A DNA stretch of 64,000 nt from Prochlorococcus sp. AG-679-M23 (lineage in GTDB: Bacteria > Cyanobacteriota > Cyanobacteriia > PCC-6307 > Cyanobiaceae). The notes beneath the pieces are model-generated. The model did no database searches. It had not been told where the DNA came from and saw only the letters and a list, made by a program, of their open reading frames with translations. The first letter of the stretch is position 1. Every line of letters starts with the position of its first letter. Position numbers and translations under genes: made by a program. This document shows, piece after piece, positions 27,699-38,674 of this stretch. Location: assembly GCA_003208875.1 (NCBI GenBank), contig QCUR01000001.1:32001-96000 (forward strand), given 5' to 3'.

Positions 27699-30600
27699 TT
27701 GCGATTGGTATACATCAATCAGGTCGAGTTTGAAAATTTTAAATCTTTTGGAGGAAGTGTAAAAATTCCTCTTGAAGAGGGTTTTACAGTGGTGACTGGT
27801 CCAAATGGATCTGGGAAAAGTAATATTTTGGATGGAATTTTATTCTGTTTAGGTTTGGCAAATAGTAGAGGTATGAGAGCAGAGAGATTACCAGATTTAA
27901 TAAATAATTCTAAAGTAAAAGAAGGTAAATCTTCCGAAACATTTGTTTCCGTTAAATTCAATATTGAAGATTGGTCGCCAAGGGAAGATGTTCCACCTTT
28001 GGATTTAGAAGAAGATGATATCGCTCTTAAAAGAGATCAAAAAGAATGGATAGTTTCCAGAAAATTGCGGCTAATGCCTGGTGGATCATATGCATCGACT
28101 TATACCTCTGACGGACGCCAGTGCACTTTACAACAAATACAGAGAGTTCTTAGAGATATAAGTGTTGATCCAGAAGGCAGTAATGTTGTGATGCAGGGAG
28201 ATGTCACAAGAATAGTATCAATGAATAATAAAGAGAGGAGAACACTTATTGATGAATTGGCAGGGGTAGCTCTTTTTGATAGCAGAATTGAACAAACGCA
28301 TTCCAAACTTAATGATGTTTTTGAAAGACAAGAAAGATGCGAGATTCTAGAAAACGAACTGCAATCTAGTAAAGTAAAGCTTGAAAAAGAATGTGAAAAA
28401 GCAAAAAAATATAAAGAGTTGAAGGCAAAACTTTTTCATATAAAGGAGATTGAAAAAGTACTTTTATTCGATAAACAAGTTCAAAACATTGAATTAATTA
28501 AGAAAAAAGCTATTAACTTGGATAAGAGTAAGATTTTATTTAATCAACAAAAAGAATCTCTTGGTAAAGAAATACAAGTATTGCAAGATGCAATGCAAAT
28601 CATGGTTACAGAATTAAAAGAGAAAGGAGAAGATAAATTAATCAAAGTAAATTCTGATATTGGGAGTATAAATTCTAATTTAAGGGAATTAGAAAGAATA
28701 GCAGTTGTCAATAAAGAGGAGGGCATTAAACTGCAAGATCAACGCGATAAAATTGCAATATTTAAAAAAAGTACGGAGCTAGAAAAGAATCAACAAGAGG
28801 ACTTTAATGATAATTATCTAGAAAAATTGAACATCGAGATTCAAGATTTAACCTTAAAACACAAGCTATCTAGAAAAAAACTTTCTGATGCTGCAGGTGA
28901 ATCAGGTGAATTTTCAAAGCAAAGTATAAAGCTCAATAATGAGTTGGAAAATATAAAATCTTTAGTACAACCTCTTGAAACTAGTAAAAGGAATATTGAA
29001 GAGGAAATTATACAAATTAATATTCAAAGAGAAGAAATAGTATCTCAAAATGATCTTTTAAAGTTAGAAAAACAAAAACTATCAGAATTTAATCAAAATA
29101 ATGAAAAATCAACGGATATAAAAAATCGTAATTTGAGCAGTATTAGATCTGAGATTGATACTTTAAAAATTGAAATAGATTTGTTAAATAAAACTAAACT
29201 AAGGCTAAACAACGAACAATTAAGGCTTGAAAAAGATTTATCAAGATGTGAAAGCAGAAAAGAAGCTCTAAATGAAACGAGGGGATCATATGCATTAAGA
29301 ATACTTTTAGAGGCAGGTTTAGAAGGTATACATGGATATGTTGCTCAATTAGGTGCCGTTAATGAAAAGCACAGGTATGCATTGGAAATTGCAGCTGGTA
29401 ATAGACTTGGGCAAATAGTTGTTGATAGTGACACTATTGCTTCAAAAGCTATTGAAATTCTTAAAAAAAAGAAAGCAGGGAGATTAACCTTTCTTCCACT
29501 TAATAGAATTAAAACCTATAAAAAAAATTTCGCGCTTAAAAGATTTGAGAATTTTAAAGAGAATGGATTTTTAGATAAGGCTATTAATTTAATTGATTGT
29601 GATGAGGTTTATGATGATGTTTTTAAATACGTTTTTGGAGATACAGTAGTCTTTTCAGATTTAGAGTCAGCGAAATCATCTAAACAAAAAATTAGAATGG
29701 TTACTTTGAGTGGAGAACTTTTAGAAGTTAGTGGTGCAATTACGGGAGGTAGTAAAGTTAATAAAGATCTTGCTTATAGGTTCGGAACTAATAATGATAT
29801 TGATGAGGCTCATCCCATAAAAGAAAGACTATCTATCATTGAAGAAGCTTTGAAGAAATCAGATAATGATATTTTAAATAAAACTAATAACTTTAATAAA
29901 CTAAATTTTAATCAAAGGGAAATATTAGAGGATTACGTATCTTCTAATAAAGAAATTGAAGTAAATAATAATTCTTTGAAAGTTTCTATGAAAAGAATTG
30001 ATGATAACAATTTGAGGCTTAATAAGCTTACGTCTCAAAATAATTTATTAAAAGATAAGTTGGATAATATTCAAAATGAAATAAAACCATTTAAAAAAAA
30101 GTTGGATGAATTGGAGATGATCCTTAAAAAGAATTATGAAGATAATCAAACATCCTCTTTAATGACTCATAATAATGATTTTGAAAAGTTAGATAAAAAA
30201 CTTGAATTAATGAGTCAAGAGAAAGATGAATTATTAAATAAAAAGAATCAATTTGTTTTAAATCAAGAACGTATAAATAATCAATTAAATCTAATATCTC
30301 TACAAGAAAAGAATCTACAAGAATCAGTTAAAGAGCTTTCTAATGCTCATAATGAATGGATAAAGAAAAGAGATGATTATAAAAGTGAGCTTGTGAGTCT
30401 TGATGGTCAAAAATCATTGCTTGAAAAGGATCTCGGAATATTAAGAAGAAAAAGGGATGAGTTGAATTCATCTATTTCCAATAAAAGACAAGAAATAAAT
30501 CAGTTGACTCTTAAGTTGGAATATCTTGAAAGAGACATAAGTTCTCTGAATGAAGAAATGCGTAGCGAAACTATCAAGTTAGAAAATTATAAAAAACAGC

Positions 30601-31289
30601 TACCTGATCCTTTGCCCAGCTTTGGAGAATATGAGACTATAACTCTTGATTTATTACAATCAGAGATCGTTGTGATTAATACGAAATTGGAAAGTTTAGA
30701 ACCGGTAAATATGTTGGCTTTAGATGAACTCGAGGAATTGACAGAAAGATTAAATGATTTGATAGAAAGACTGGAAGTTTTATCTAATGAAAGATCGGAG
30801 TTGTTATTGAGAATAGAAACTGTTTCAACTATGCGACAAGAAGCATTTATGCAGGCATTCATAGAGGTTGATAAGCATTTTAGAGAGATCTTTGCCAATT
30901 TATCAGATGGAGATGGGTTCCTTCAGCTCGAAAATCCAGAAGCTCCTTTAGAGGGAGGTTTGACTTTAGTGGCTCATCCTAAAGGAAAAAATGTTAGAAG
31001 ATTAGCTTCAATGTCGGGGGGTGAGAAATCATTAACGGCCCTAAGTTTTTTATTTGCTTTGCAAAAATATAAGCCTTCTCCCTTTTATGCATTAGATGAA
31101 GTAGATAGTTTTTTAGATGGTATTAACGTTGAAAGATTATCAAAATTAATAACAAGTCAGTCATCAAATGCTCAATTTATAGTCGTAAGCCATAGAAGAC
31201 CTATGATAAGTGCATCTGAACGAACAATTGGTGTTGCTCAAGCAAGAGGTGCTAATACTCAAGTTGTTGGATTACCAAATGCTGCATAA
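27699..31289 (+). CDS. smc: Chromosome segregation protein SMC
   Basis: NFKSF, GPNGSGKSN, hinge GRLTFLPL, MSGGEKS, LDEVD; long coiled coils. Confidence 0.97.
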   Translation: MRLVYINQVEFENFKSFGGSVKIPLEEGFTVVTGPNGSGKSNILDGILFCLGLANSRGMRAERLPDLINNSKVKEGKSSETFVSVKFNIEDWSPREDVPPLDLEEDDIALKRDQKEWIVSRKLRLMPGGSYASTYTSDGRQCTLQQIQRVLRDISVDPEGSNVVMQGDVTRIVSMNNKERRTLIDELAGVALFDSRIEQTHSKLNDVFERQERCEILENELQSSKVKLEKECEKAKKYKELKAKLFHIKEIEKVLLFDKQVQNIELIKKKAINLDKSKILFNQQKESLGKEIQVLQDAMQIMVTELKEKGEDKLIKVNSDIGSINSNLRELERIAVVNKEEGIKLQDQRDKIAIFKKSTELEKNQQEDFNDNYLEKLNIEIQDLTLKHKLSRKKLSDAAGESGEFSKQSIKLNNELENIKSLVQPLETSKRNIEEEIIQINIQREEIVSQNDLLKLEKQKLSEFNQNNEKSTDIKNRNLSSIRSEIDTLKIEIDLLNKTKLRLNNEQLRLEKDLSRCESRKEALNETRGSYALRILLEAGLEGIHGYVAQLGAVNEKHRYALEIAAGNRLGQIVVDSDTIASKAIEILKKKKAGRLTFLPLNRIKTYKKNFALKRFENFKENGFLDKAINLIDCDEVYDDVFKYVFGDTVVFSDLESAKSSKQKIRMVTLSGELLEVSGAITGGSKVNKDLAYRFGTNNDIDEAHPIKERLSIIEEALKKSDNDILNKTNNFNKLNFNQREILEDYVSSNKEIEVNNNSLKVSMKRIDDNNLRLNKLTSQNNLLKDKLDNIQNEIKPFKKKLDELEMILKKNYEDNQTSSLMTHNNDFEKLDKKLELMSQEKDELLNKKNQFVLNQERINNQLNLISLQEKNLQESVKELSNAHNEWIKKRDDYKSELVSLDGQKSLLEKDLGILRRKRDELNSSISNKRQEINQLTLKLEYLERDISSLNEEMRSETIKLENYKKQLPDPLPSFGEYETITLDLLQSEIVVINTKLESLEPVNMLALDELEELTERLNDLIERLEVLSNERSELLLRIETVSTMRQEAFMQAFIEVDKHFREIFANLSDGDGFLQLENPEAPLEGGLTLVAHPKGKNVRRLASMSGGEKSLTALSFLFALQKYKPSPFYALDEVDSFLDGINVERLSKLITSQSSNAQFIVVSHRRPMISASERTIGVAQARGANTQVVGLPNAA

Positions 31290-31334
31290 TCACACTTTTT
31301 TAAATTTTTACGTCAGAATATTAGAAAGATATTA

Positions 31335-32363
31335 ATGAGTTTGTCGAACACATCCACAAATAATAATGGCCGCAATTCCGTACCTAGCGAACGTCTATGG
31401 TTAAGATCGGAACTTATGGGAACCCAAGTCATTACTACTGATACTGGTAGGAGATTAGGGGTTGTAGGTGAAGTAGTAGTTGATATTGATAGAAGAGAGG
31501 TGGTTGCTCTAGGTCTTAGAGATAATCCTCTCACAAGATTTTTGCCAGGTTTACCTAAATGGATGCCTCTTGAAAGTATAAAGCAGGTTGGTGATGTAAT
31601 TTTAGTGGATTCTTTAGATTCTTTGAGCGACGGTTTTTCTCCTGAAAGATATGGGAAAGTTATAAATTGCCAGGTAATTACGGAATCTGGTCAGCTTCTT
31701 GGAAGAGTTCTTGGATTTTCTTTCGATATTGAGACGGGGGATTTAATTTCTCTTGTTATGGGTGCAGTAGGTGTTCCTCTTTTAGGTGAAGGTGTTTTAA
31801 GTACTTGGGAAATTCCTGTAGATGAGATAGTCAGCAGTGGTACTGACAGAATAATTGTTTATGAAGGCGCAGAGGAAAAACTAAATCAACTAAGTAGTGG
31901 ATTACTCGAGAAACTTGGGGTTGGTGGTTCCTCGTGGGAAGAAAGGGAAGCAAATAGGTACACAGCAAATCTTGTTCCAGTGGAGAATCAGCTTTTGTCA
32001 GGTTCTGAATCAGAAGAACAAAATAATTTTATGGAAGAAATTAAAGAAGAAGAATTTATAGAAGAAGAAGAAGAAGAGTATGAAGAAGAACTTGAATATG
32101 TAGAAATTAAAACTGCAAGAGAAAAAATAAATAATAAAAAACAACTTTATTTGGATAATGACTCCTCTGAACAATTAAACAATCAAACTGATGAAGAAAA
32201 TACGACAGAATTTGCTGTTAAAAGGTCATCTATGTCTAATCGGGCTTCAAAGAGACCTATTCAAAGGTCACAAGAACCTTTAGATATTGAACCTGTTGAA
32301 GAGAAAAAAATAGTTATAGAAAATCCTCAATCAGAATCCGTAGAAATTGATGATCCTTGGTAA
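31335..32363 (+). CDS. PRC-barrel domain protein with acidic tail
   Basis: Two PRC barrels (GTQVITTDTGRRLGVV; VITESGQLLGRV). Confidence 0.88.
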   Translation: MSLSNTSTNNNGRNSVPSERLWLRSELMGTQVITTDTGRRLGVVGEVVVDIDRREVVALGLRDNPLTRFLPGLPKWMPLESIKQVGDVILVDSLDSLSDGFSPERYGKVINCQVITESGQLLGRVLGFSFDIETGDLISLVMGAVGVPLLGEGVLSTWEIPVDEIVSSGTDRIIVYEGAEEKLNQLSSGLLEKLGVGGSSWEEREANRYTANLVPVENQLLSGSESEEQNNFMEEIKEEEFIEEEEEEYEEELEYVEIKTAREKINNKKQLYLDNDSSEQLNNQTDEENTTEFAVKRSSMSNRASKRPIQRSQEPLDIEPVEEKKIVIENPQSESVEIDDPW

Positions 32364-32374
32364 TTATTTAGTAA

Positions 32375-33643
32375 TTAACTAAGTCTTTTGATCGAATTAA
32401 AAATTATGTAAGCTAATTTTTTAACTGCACCAGTTTCCCCTCGTTGTTTTGATAAATTATCTTTTTGCTTTTTTAAATATTTTTTATTTTTTATCAGAAA
32501 TATAGCTTCATTAGCGATTTGTTTTGGTGAAATCTTGCCTATTCTTTCTGGGATAATTAACTTATTAGCTTTTATATTTGGCCAAGCAAAAAATTTTTTC
32601 TGCTTTAAGTGCCAATTTTTAATTAAAAAAGTGAAGAATTTATTGATAAAAGAAATTTTCCCAATTATTCCGAAGATACCGTCCCAAGCGTTCATTACAT
32701 TCAAATGTTGAGTGGGTAGAATAACTATCATAGGTAAAGTAAGCGAAGCTAATTCTGCAGTATTTGCTCCAACTGTGGTAATTGCAAGATCACATTTTTT
32801 TAGTACTTCATAGCAAGGATGTTTATTTATTAAATAAATTTTAGTATTATTTTTGGTTTCAATAACATAATCAAAAACGGAACTTTTAATTTGTTTAATT
32901 TGTTTTATTTTGGAAGAATAATATTTTGTAATGGGATTTTTATTACTTTGAAAGAATAAATATTCGCTTGTACTTGTAGTTGGCGCTATGGGAATAATTA
33001 AATTAATATTTTTATTGTTTTTATGAATATGATCAGCCATTTCAAGAAAGAAAGGAATGCCTACTGTAAGCTTTGCTTTTTTAGAACCTGGTAGTAAAGC
33101 AATCCAATTTTTTTCTTCAAGATTTAAAGTAATTTCTTTTTTATTCGTAATGTCTGCCATTAAATCGCCAATAATTTTACATTTATATCTATATTTTGAT
33201 GGAATGCTTTTCTTGACGTTTTTATTCATTGCTGCAATTACATTGTTCCAACGTGGCCATCTTGAAATCCATTCAGCATATGTGATGTTGATATAACCTA
33301 ATCTTTTTGCTAACAAAACACTCCAAAATTGATCCCCTCCAAGAAAAATAACGATCCCTTTTTGAGGCCATTTTGCATATTGAGTAGGCCTGATTAATAA
33401 TTTCCAAAAAGTATTTGCTTCTGTAACTAATTCAAATTTGTGCCATGATTTTGCAACTTCATATTCTTTACCAGTAGCATTTGGACACGGTACTAAAACT
33501 AATCTTATGGAGAAATTCAGTTTATCAATATTTTTCGAATCATTATTTATCTTATTTAAATAATCCACTACAGGCTTTACCCACGTTGATAATTCCCCAG
33601 GCCCATTAGAAATAATTACAACTGCAATTGATTTTTTTTTCAT
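32375..33643 (-). CDS. Lipid-A-disaccharide synthase-like glycosyltransferase
   Basis: SNGPGEL, ALLPGS, GANTAEL; true start taken as ATG 33643 because the longer ORF overlaps the tRNA. Confidence 0.8.
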   Translation of the reverse strand: MKKKSIAVVIISNGPGELSTWVKPVVDYLNKINNDSKNIDKLNFSIRLVLVPCPNATGKEYEVAKSWHKFELVTEANTFWKLLIRPTQYAKWPQKGIVIFLGGDQFWSVLLAKRLGYINITYAEWISRWPRWNNVIAAMNKNVKKSIPSKYRYKCKIIGDLMADITNKKEITLNLEEKNWIALLPGSKKAKLTVGIPFFLEMADHIHKNNKNINLIIPIAPTTSTSEYLFFQSNKNPITKYYSSKIKQIKQIKSSVFDYVIETKNNTKIYLINKHPCYEVLKKCDLAITTVGANTAELASLTLPMIVILPTQHLNVMNAWDGIFGIIGKISFINKFFTFLIKNWHLKQKKFFAWPNIKANKLIIPERIGKISPKQIANEAIFLIKNKKYLKKQKDNLSKQRGETGAVKKLAYIIFNSIKRLS

Positions 33644-33668
33644 TGCAGTTAATCCAAAATACATTAAA

Positions 33669-33750
33669 TGCGGACGGCGAGACTTGAACTCGCAAGGCCT
33701 AAGCCACACGCTCCTTAGACGTGCGCGTCTACCAATTCCGCCACGTCCGC
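33669..33750 (-). tRNA. trnL: tRNA-Leu (AAG)
   Basis: GCGGACGTGGCGGAATTGGTAGACGCGCACGTCT-AAG-GAGCGTGTGGCTTAGGCCTTGCGAGTTCAAGTCTCGCCGTCCGCA; long variable arm. Confidence 0.97.
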
Positions 33751-33861
33751 AAAGGGTTTTCGAGCACCAGCGGGTGTCTAAACTATAAAAATATCATACA
33801 TTATTGACTGAAATTAGGGGTGCAGTCGACGCATCCGCCATATAAAGTAAAGTTTTTAGTT

Positions 33862-35154
33862 TTAGAATTTAAACGCTGCTTCAACCCCTATCGCAGTCCA
33901 ATCATAGAGATAAAATTCGACATCATCAGTAGTCGTTGTACTTGCATGATCAGTAGGCAATGTAATAGTAATTCCAGGCTTTATTTGTAGTGAATCGTTA
34001 ATATTATGTGTGTAGTAAAACTCCACATAACTTCCTATTTCATCGCCCGCAATTTTATTTTCATTCAAGTCTGGGATTTTATAGAATGGATATGTTCTCC
34101 AAGACGCTGAAAGTACTCCATTTTCTATTTCGTGATCTACGCCAAATTGAAAATCAGCAATATGATCAATATCTAATCCTATAGCTTCGACATCAACTAA
34201 GTTAGTCGTAGCACTTAAGGTAGTTCTATTTGTAGGTCTCCAATAACCTCCAATCGAAGTATTTATATATCCTTCATCAAGTGGTCCTGTAATTCCTAAT
34301 TCATTGCACGCATCTGTAACTAAATTATCAACAAGATTACATAGGGAATCTGATTTAGAGTATATAATTCCACCTCCGAAATTTGTGGCGTCATATCCTA
34401 AAGAAAGGGTTAATACATCTATCCCCTCTTTTGTTAAAAATCCAGAACGAGTTGAGGCACCAGTACCAATAATACTTCCAGATAGATTGAGCCCGTTATC
34501 GAATATTTTTGCTACTGCTATGCCAGAACCCGTACCTTGAGTTACATAGTAATTAGATTTAAGTCCAGAATAACCACCTAAGAAAAACTCATCTGAATAT
34601 GTAGATGTAGTAGTTGGCATTAAGTCATCAACATCTAGTAATGTTCCTGTTGCAATTTGCCAACTTCCTAAAGGAAATTGATAATAAAGCGATGTAACTT
34701 TTAGAGTATCACCGCCAGAGTTGGAGCTATCAAGAACAAAATTAGCCCCTGAGAAATCAGAACCTCCATTTCCAGCTTCTATACCAATATATAAATTATC
34801 TTCACCGTTAATACTGGTATTAAGATCGATATCATAAGCGTAAGTTGCAGTAACTGCCTCAGTTCTGTCGCCTTGCTCGACAGCGCCCACTTGAAAAGAA
34901 GCAGAGCCCCTCATAGTGGTTGTTTCAGAAAAAGAACCAGCTTCAAAAGTAGTTAATTGTATTTCTGATCTATCTAAATCTTTTTTAGTTACTTCAATTT
35001 CTTTAACAGGATTGAATTGGTGAATACTTCGAACTGCCTTTGATGAAGAGTAACTAGAAACTTCTATTAAATTAGTTTCACCTGCTGTGATGGATAATGG
35101 AGATAATAAACCTAATGCTGCTGGAGCTACCAACAAATTTCTGAAAAGTTTCAT
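33862..35154 (-). CDS. Outer-membrane porin (Som/OprB-like)
   Basis: MKLFRNLLVAPAALGLL signal, FEAGSFSETTT motif, beta-strand pattern, terminal AFKF. Confidence 0.88.
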   Translation of the reverse strand: MKLFRNLLVAPAALGLLSPLSITAGETNLIEVSSYSSSKAVRSIHQFNPVKEIEVTKKDLDRSEIQLTTFEAGSFSETTTMRGSASFQVGAVEQGDRTEAVTATYAYDIDLNTSINGEDNLYIGIEAGNGGSDFSGANFVLDSSNSGGDTLKVTSLYYQFPLGSWQIATGTLLDVDDLMPTTTSTYSDEFFLGGYSGLKSNYYVTQGTGSGIAVAKIFDNGLNLSGSIIGTGASTRSGFLTKEGIDVLTLSLGYDATNFGGGIIYSKSDSLCNLVDNLVTDACNELGITGPLDEGYINTSIGGYWRPTNRTTLSATTNLVDVEAIGLDIDHIADFQFGVDHEIENGVLSASWRTYPFYKIPDLNENKIAGDEIGSYVEFYYTHNINDSLQIKPGITITLPTDHASTTTTDDVEFYLYDWTAIGVEAAFKF

Positions 35155-35363
35155 TAAATTTCACACACAAAATTTTAATAAGCATATTTTTACAAAATTC
35201 TTTCTAGAAAACTAGCACTTGTCTTCCAATCAAATTAAAAAAAGAAGGTTATTTTCCTCATCCGCCGTACGTATTCAACTGTTGCAGATGTGGATGGTTG
35301 AGAAATAATAAAGGGACTGGCGTTTTAATCTAATCCCTGTATGGGTGCATTATTTTTACGCCT

Positions 35364-35419
35364 GCTCCTTAGACGTGCGCCTCTACTAATTCCGCCAAGT
35401 CAGCAAAGGGTTTTCGAGC
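35364..35419 (-). pseudogene. Degenerate 5' half of tRNA-Leu plus upstream flank (att remnant)
   Basis: 52/56 identical to 33710-33765; stops just after the anticodon loop. Confidence 0.9.
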
Positions 35420-35711
35420 GCAAGGGTGTTCTTGAACCACTAAAACAAAATACATTAATCGCATTAATTTGCGATAATATTTTACAAATCTGCTAGGTTT
35501 TAATTCTTAAAACATTGGTTTTTAATTAACTAAGTTTTAAATACTAAATAATGACTAATTTTTTCTATTGCATAAATAAATAATTATCCACATATAACGT
35601 TTTAGGTTGTATTGTTAACCAATGCATTCTTGAAATTCAAAAATTTTATTGAATACTCTTTAAAGTATTTTCAATTTAAATTAATTTTTATTTCTTTAAT
35701 TTAATTTTGTA

Positions 35712-37061
35712 ATGGTTGAAAAAGTTTTAATTGCTAATCGTGGAGAAATAGCTTTACGAATTATCAGAAGTTGTAGAGAGCTTGATATTGCAACTGTTGC
35801 TGTTTATAGCACTGTAGATAAAAAGGCTTTGCATGTGCAATTAGCAGATGAAGCAGTTTGCGTTGGGGATTCACTAAGTAACAAGAGTTATTTAAATATT
35901 CCAAATATCTTAGCTGCTGCTACATCAAGAGGAGTTGATGCTATTCATCCTGGTTATGGTTTTCTTGCGGAGAATGATAAATTTGCAGAAATGTGTAACG
36001 ATCATGGCATAACTTTTATTGGTCCATCTCCCAATGCTATTAGATCAATGGGAGATAAATCTACTGCTAAAGAGACAATGGAGAGAGTCGGAGTACCAAC
36101 TGTTCCAGGAAGCAAAGGTTTATTGTCGAATGTTGAGGAGGCCTACGAAATGGCACAAGAGATTGGATATCCCGTAATAATAAAAGCTACAGCTGGAGGA
36201 GGAGGTAGAGGAATGAGATTGGTTGAAAATAAGGCTAACTTAGAAAAAATGTTTAAAGCAGCTCAAGGAGAAGCAGAAGCGGCATTTGGAAATGATGGTT
36301 TATATATGGAGAAATTTATAAAAAAGCCAAGACATGTAGAAATTCAAATCCTTGCTGACAGGTCAGGTAATGTGGTTCATCTAGGAGAGAGAGATTGTTC
36401 TGTACAAAGGAGACACCAAAAATTATTAGAAGAGTCTCCCAGTCCAGCTATAAACCATTCTCTTAGAAAAAAAATGGGTAATGCAGCCATTGCTGCTGCA
36501 AAAAGTATTAGTTATGAAGGGGCGGGAACTGTTGAATTTTTAGTAGATGATGATAATAATTTTTACTTTATGGAGATGAATACCAGGATTCAAGTGGAAC
36601 ACCCCGTAACTGAAATGGTTACTGGTGTTGATCTAATCGCTGAACAAATCAAAATAGCTGGAGGTGACAATTTAGGATTTACTCAAGACGATATTCAATT
36701 AAACGGTCATGCTATTGAATGCAGAATTAATGCTGAAGACCCCTCACATAATTTTCGCCCATCGCCCGGCAAAATAACTGGATGGCTGCCTCCAGGAGGG
36801 CCTGGAGTAAGGGTTGATAGTCATGTTTATACTGGTTATGAAATACCCCCATTTTATGATTCACTTATAGGTAAATTAATAGTCTGGGGTAAAGATCGTA
36901 ATACTGCTATTAAAAGAATGAATAGAGCTTTAAATGAATGTGCAGTAACAGGAATCCCAACAACAATTAACTTTCATTTATCTCTTCTCAATAAAAGAAA
37001 ATTTATGGAAGGCAAAATTCATACAAAATACGTTGAGGAAGAATTATTACCTAACTATTAA
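35712..37061 (+). CDS. accC: Acetyl-CoA carboxylase, biotin carboxylase subunit
   Basis: [34 protein letters not shown]. Confidence 0.97.
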   Translation: MVEKVLIANRGEIALRIIRSCRELDIATVAVYSTVDKKALHVQLADEAVCVGDSLSNKSYLNIPNILAAATSRGVDAIHPGYGFLAENDKFAEMCNDHGITFIGPSPNAIRSMGDKSTAKETMERVGVPTVPGSKGLLSNVEEAYEMAQEIGYPVIIKATAGGGGRGMRLVENKANLEKMFKAAQGEAEAAFGNDGLYMEKFIKKPRHVEIQILADRSGNVVHLGERDCSVQRRHQKLLEESPSPAINHSLRKKMGNAAIAAAKSISYEGAGTVEFLVDDDNNFYFMEMNTRIQVEHPVTEMVTGVDLIAEQIKIAGGDNLGFTQDDIQLNGHAIECRINAEDPSHNFRPSPGKITGWLPPGGPGVRVDSHVYTGYEIPPFYDSLIGKLIVWGKDRNTAIKRMNRALNECAVTGIPTTINFHLSLLNKRKFMEGKIHTKYVEEELLPNY

Positions 37062-37078
37062 TGAAATATGATACCTTC

Positions 37079-37384
37079 TTAACTTATACTCTGTTGGATA
37101 GCTAATTTGATTAAACCTTGTTGACCAACTAATATTTCTCTTAGAAAACTTATTATTCCTATCCAAATTACTGGACTAACATCGACGCCTCCAATGGGAG
37201 GAATCAATTTTCTTGTAAAGTTTAAAATAGAACTTGTTGGGATTGCAATTAATAACCAAAAACCTTTATTTAAATCAACTTTTGGGTACCAAGTTAATAT
37301 TAATCTTATTAAAAAGACTAAGGTTAGAAATGATAAAAGAATTCCTAGGGTAAGATCTAAAGCATGTAAATAATTTTGAGACAA
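37079..37384 (-). CDS. YggT/YlmG family membrane protein
   Basis: IPPIGGVDVSP motif. Confidence 0.88.
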   Translation of the reverse strand: MSQNYLHALDLTLGILLSFLTLVFLIRLILTWYPKVDLNKGFWLLIAIPTSSILNFTRKLIPPIGGVDVSPVIWIGIISFLREILVGQQGLIKLAIQQSIS

Positions 37385-37474
37385 TGAAATAACAATTATT
37401 TAATCCATCTTAATAAATATCCCATAAGTTAGGATTTAATTCGTATTATAAATTCAGAATTTAATTTTAAAAAA

Positions 37475-37663
37475 GTGATTCAAATTTCAAATCTGATATT
37501 AGCGGCTGATGTTTCCCCAGAAGTGGCTGGTAGTTCTGGTTTTAATATGATAGCGAGTTTCTTCGCAGCAGCATTACTTATAGTTATTCCAGCAGCAGCT
37601 TTTTTGATCTTTGTTAGCCAAAAAGATTCACTTGAACGTACTTCAGCTACACGTAGACGCTAG
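37475..37663 (+). CDS. psbX: Photosystem II protein PsbX
   Basis: [17 protein letters not shown] motif. Confidence 0.9.
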   Translation: MIQISNLILAADVSPEVAGSSGFNMIASFFAAALLIVIPAAAFLIFVSQKDSLERTSATRRR

Positions 37664-37741
37664 TTTTTATAAAAGTTTTAAGTAAACTATATATAAAGGT
37701 GTTTTATTGCACCTTGAAAAAATAAGTTTTGGAGAAAAAAA

Positions 37742-38674
37742 GTGGTCAATGCTAGTCTAAATTGGGCGAGTATTGTAGGCATCGTACTAGCTGTATGTGG
37801 GGGCGGCCTATATTTTTTGAGGTCATTTAAACCTGCGCTGGCAAGAGATTATGATGTTTTCTTTGCGGCAATAGGTCTTTTATGTGGAGGAATATTATTT
37901 TTTCAAGGATGGAGATTAGATCCTATTTTGCAATTTGGGCAGTTTTTGTTAGCAGGAACGACGGTATTCTTTGCATATGAAAGTGTTCGATTAAGAGGTG
38001 TTGCAACTGACCAAGCAAGAAGATCTTCTTATTTTGAAGATGATCAGATTCCAGATATGCCTAGAAATTCTTCTAGAAATAGATTTAATGAGGATTATGA
38101 TCAATTTGAAGATTCTGATAGACCTTCTAGAAGATTCAAACCTCAAGATGATGATTTAGAAGATGATTATATGGAAGGTAGATCGCAAAGGAGAAATATA
38201 TCGAGAACTATCCCTGAGTCTGCAGTAAGCAGGAGGCGTCCTTCTTTGAGAGATTCTAATCGATTTGAGAATGATGAACCTAAGAGAAGAAGAAATCAGC
38301 CTGAAGATAATCGGATGAGAAACGAGGATAGAAGAGGAAGTTTTGGAGAAAGAAGATCATCAAGAAGTGAAATCAAAAGAGGCTCTCGGCCATTATCTAA
38401 TCAAGAAGTTTCTAGAAAATCAAATAATACCTCTCTTAAGGATTCTTCTCCCTCCTCTAATAACACAACAAGATCATCTATAAGATCTCAGACTACAAGA
38501 GAAAAAGTAGAAGATGCATCATTTTCTTCCAATATAAATGAAGTAAAAAAGCCTCGTCAAACAAGAAGTACAGCTGCTAGTGCAAGATCAACCTCTAAAA
38601 ATAAAACTGGAAGATATACTGTAGGCACAAAAAAAAATAAACCCAGAGATAACAGCTCTAGATTTGATGACTAA
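37742..38674 (+). CDS. ycf66: Ycf66 family protein
   Basis: LARDYDVFF...FQGWRLDPILQFGQ; disordered R/D-rich tail. Confidence 0.9.
   Translation: MVNASLNWASIVGIVLAVCGGGLYFLRSFKPALARDYDVFFAAIGLLCGGILFFQGWRLDPILQFGQFLLAGTTVFFAYESVRLRGVATDQARRSSYFEDDQIPDMPRNSSRNRFNEDYDQFEDSDRPSRRFKPQDDDLEDDYMEGRSQRRNISRTIPESAVSRRRPSLRDSNRFENDEPKRRRNQPEDNRMRNEDRRGSFGERRSSRSEIKRGSRPLSNQEVSRKSNNTSLKDSSPSSNNTTRSSIRSQTTREKVEDASFSSNINEVKKPRQTRSTAASARSTSKNKTGRYTVGTKKNKPRDNSSRFDD

Larger units (their letters stand above)
33751..35419. mobile_element. Integrase-less porin insert upstream of tRNA-Leu
   Basis: Bounded by direct repeat 33710-33765 / 35364-35419. Confidence 0.7.

Noticed and set aside
32013..32100. GAA-rich tandem run
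   Set aside because: Encodes the poly-Glu acidic linker of the PRC-barrel protein; not a separate repeat element
33644..33709. N-terminal extension of the 444-aa glycosyltransferase ORF
   Set aside because: Overlaps tRNA-Leu; real start more likely ATG 33643
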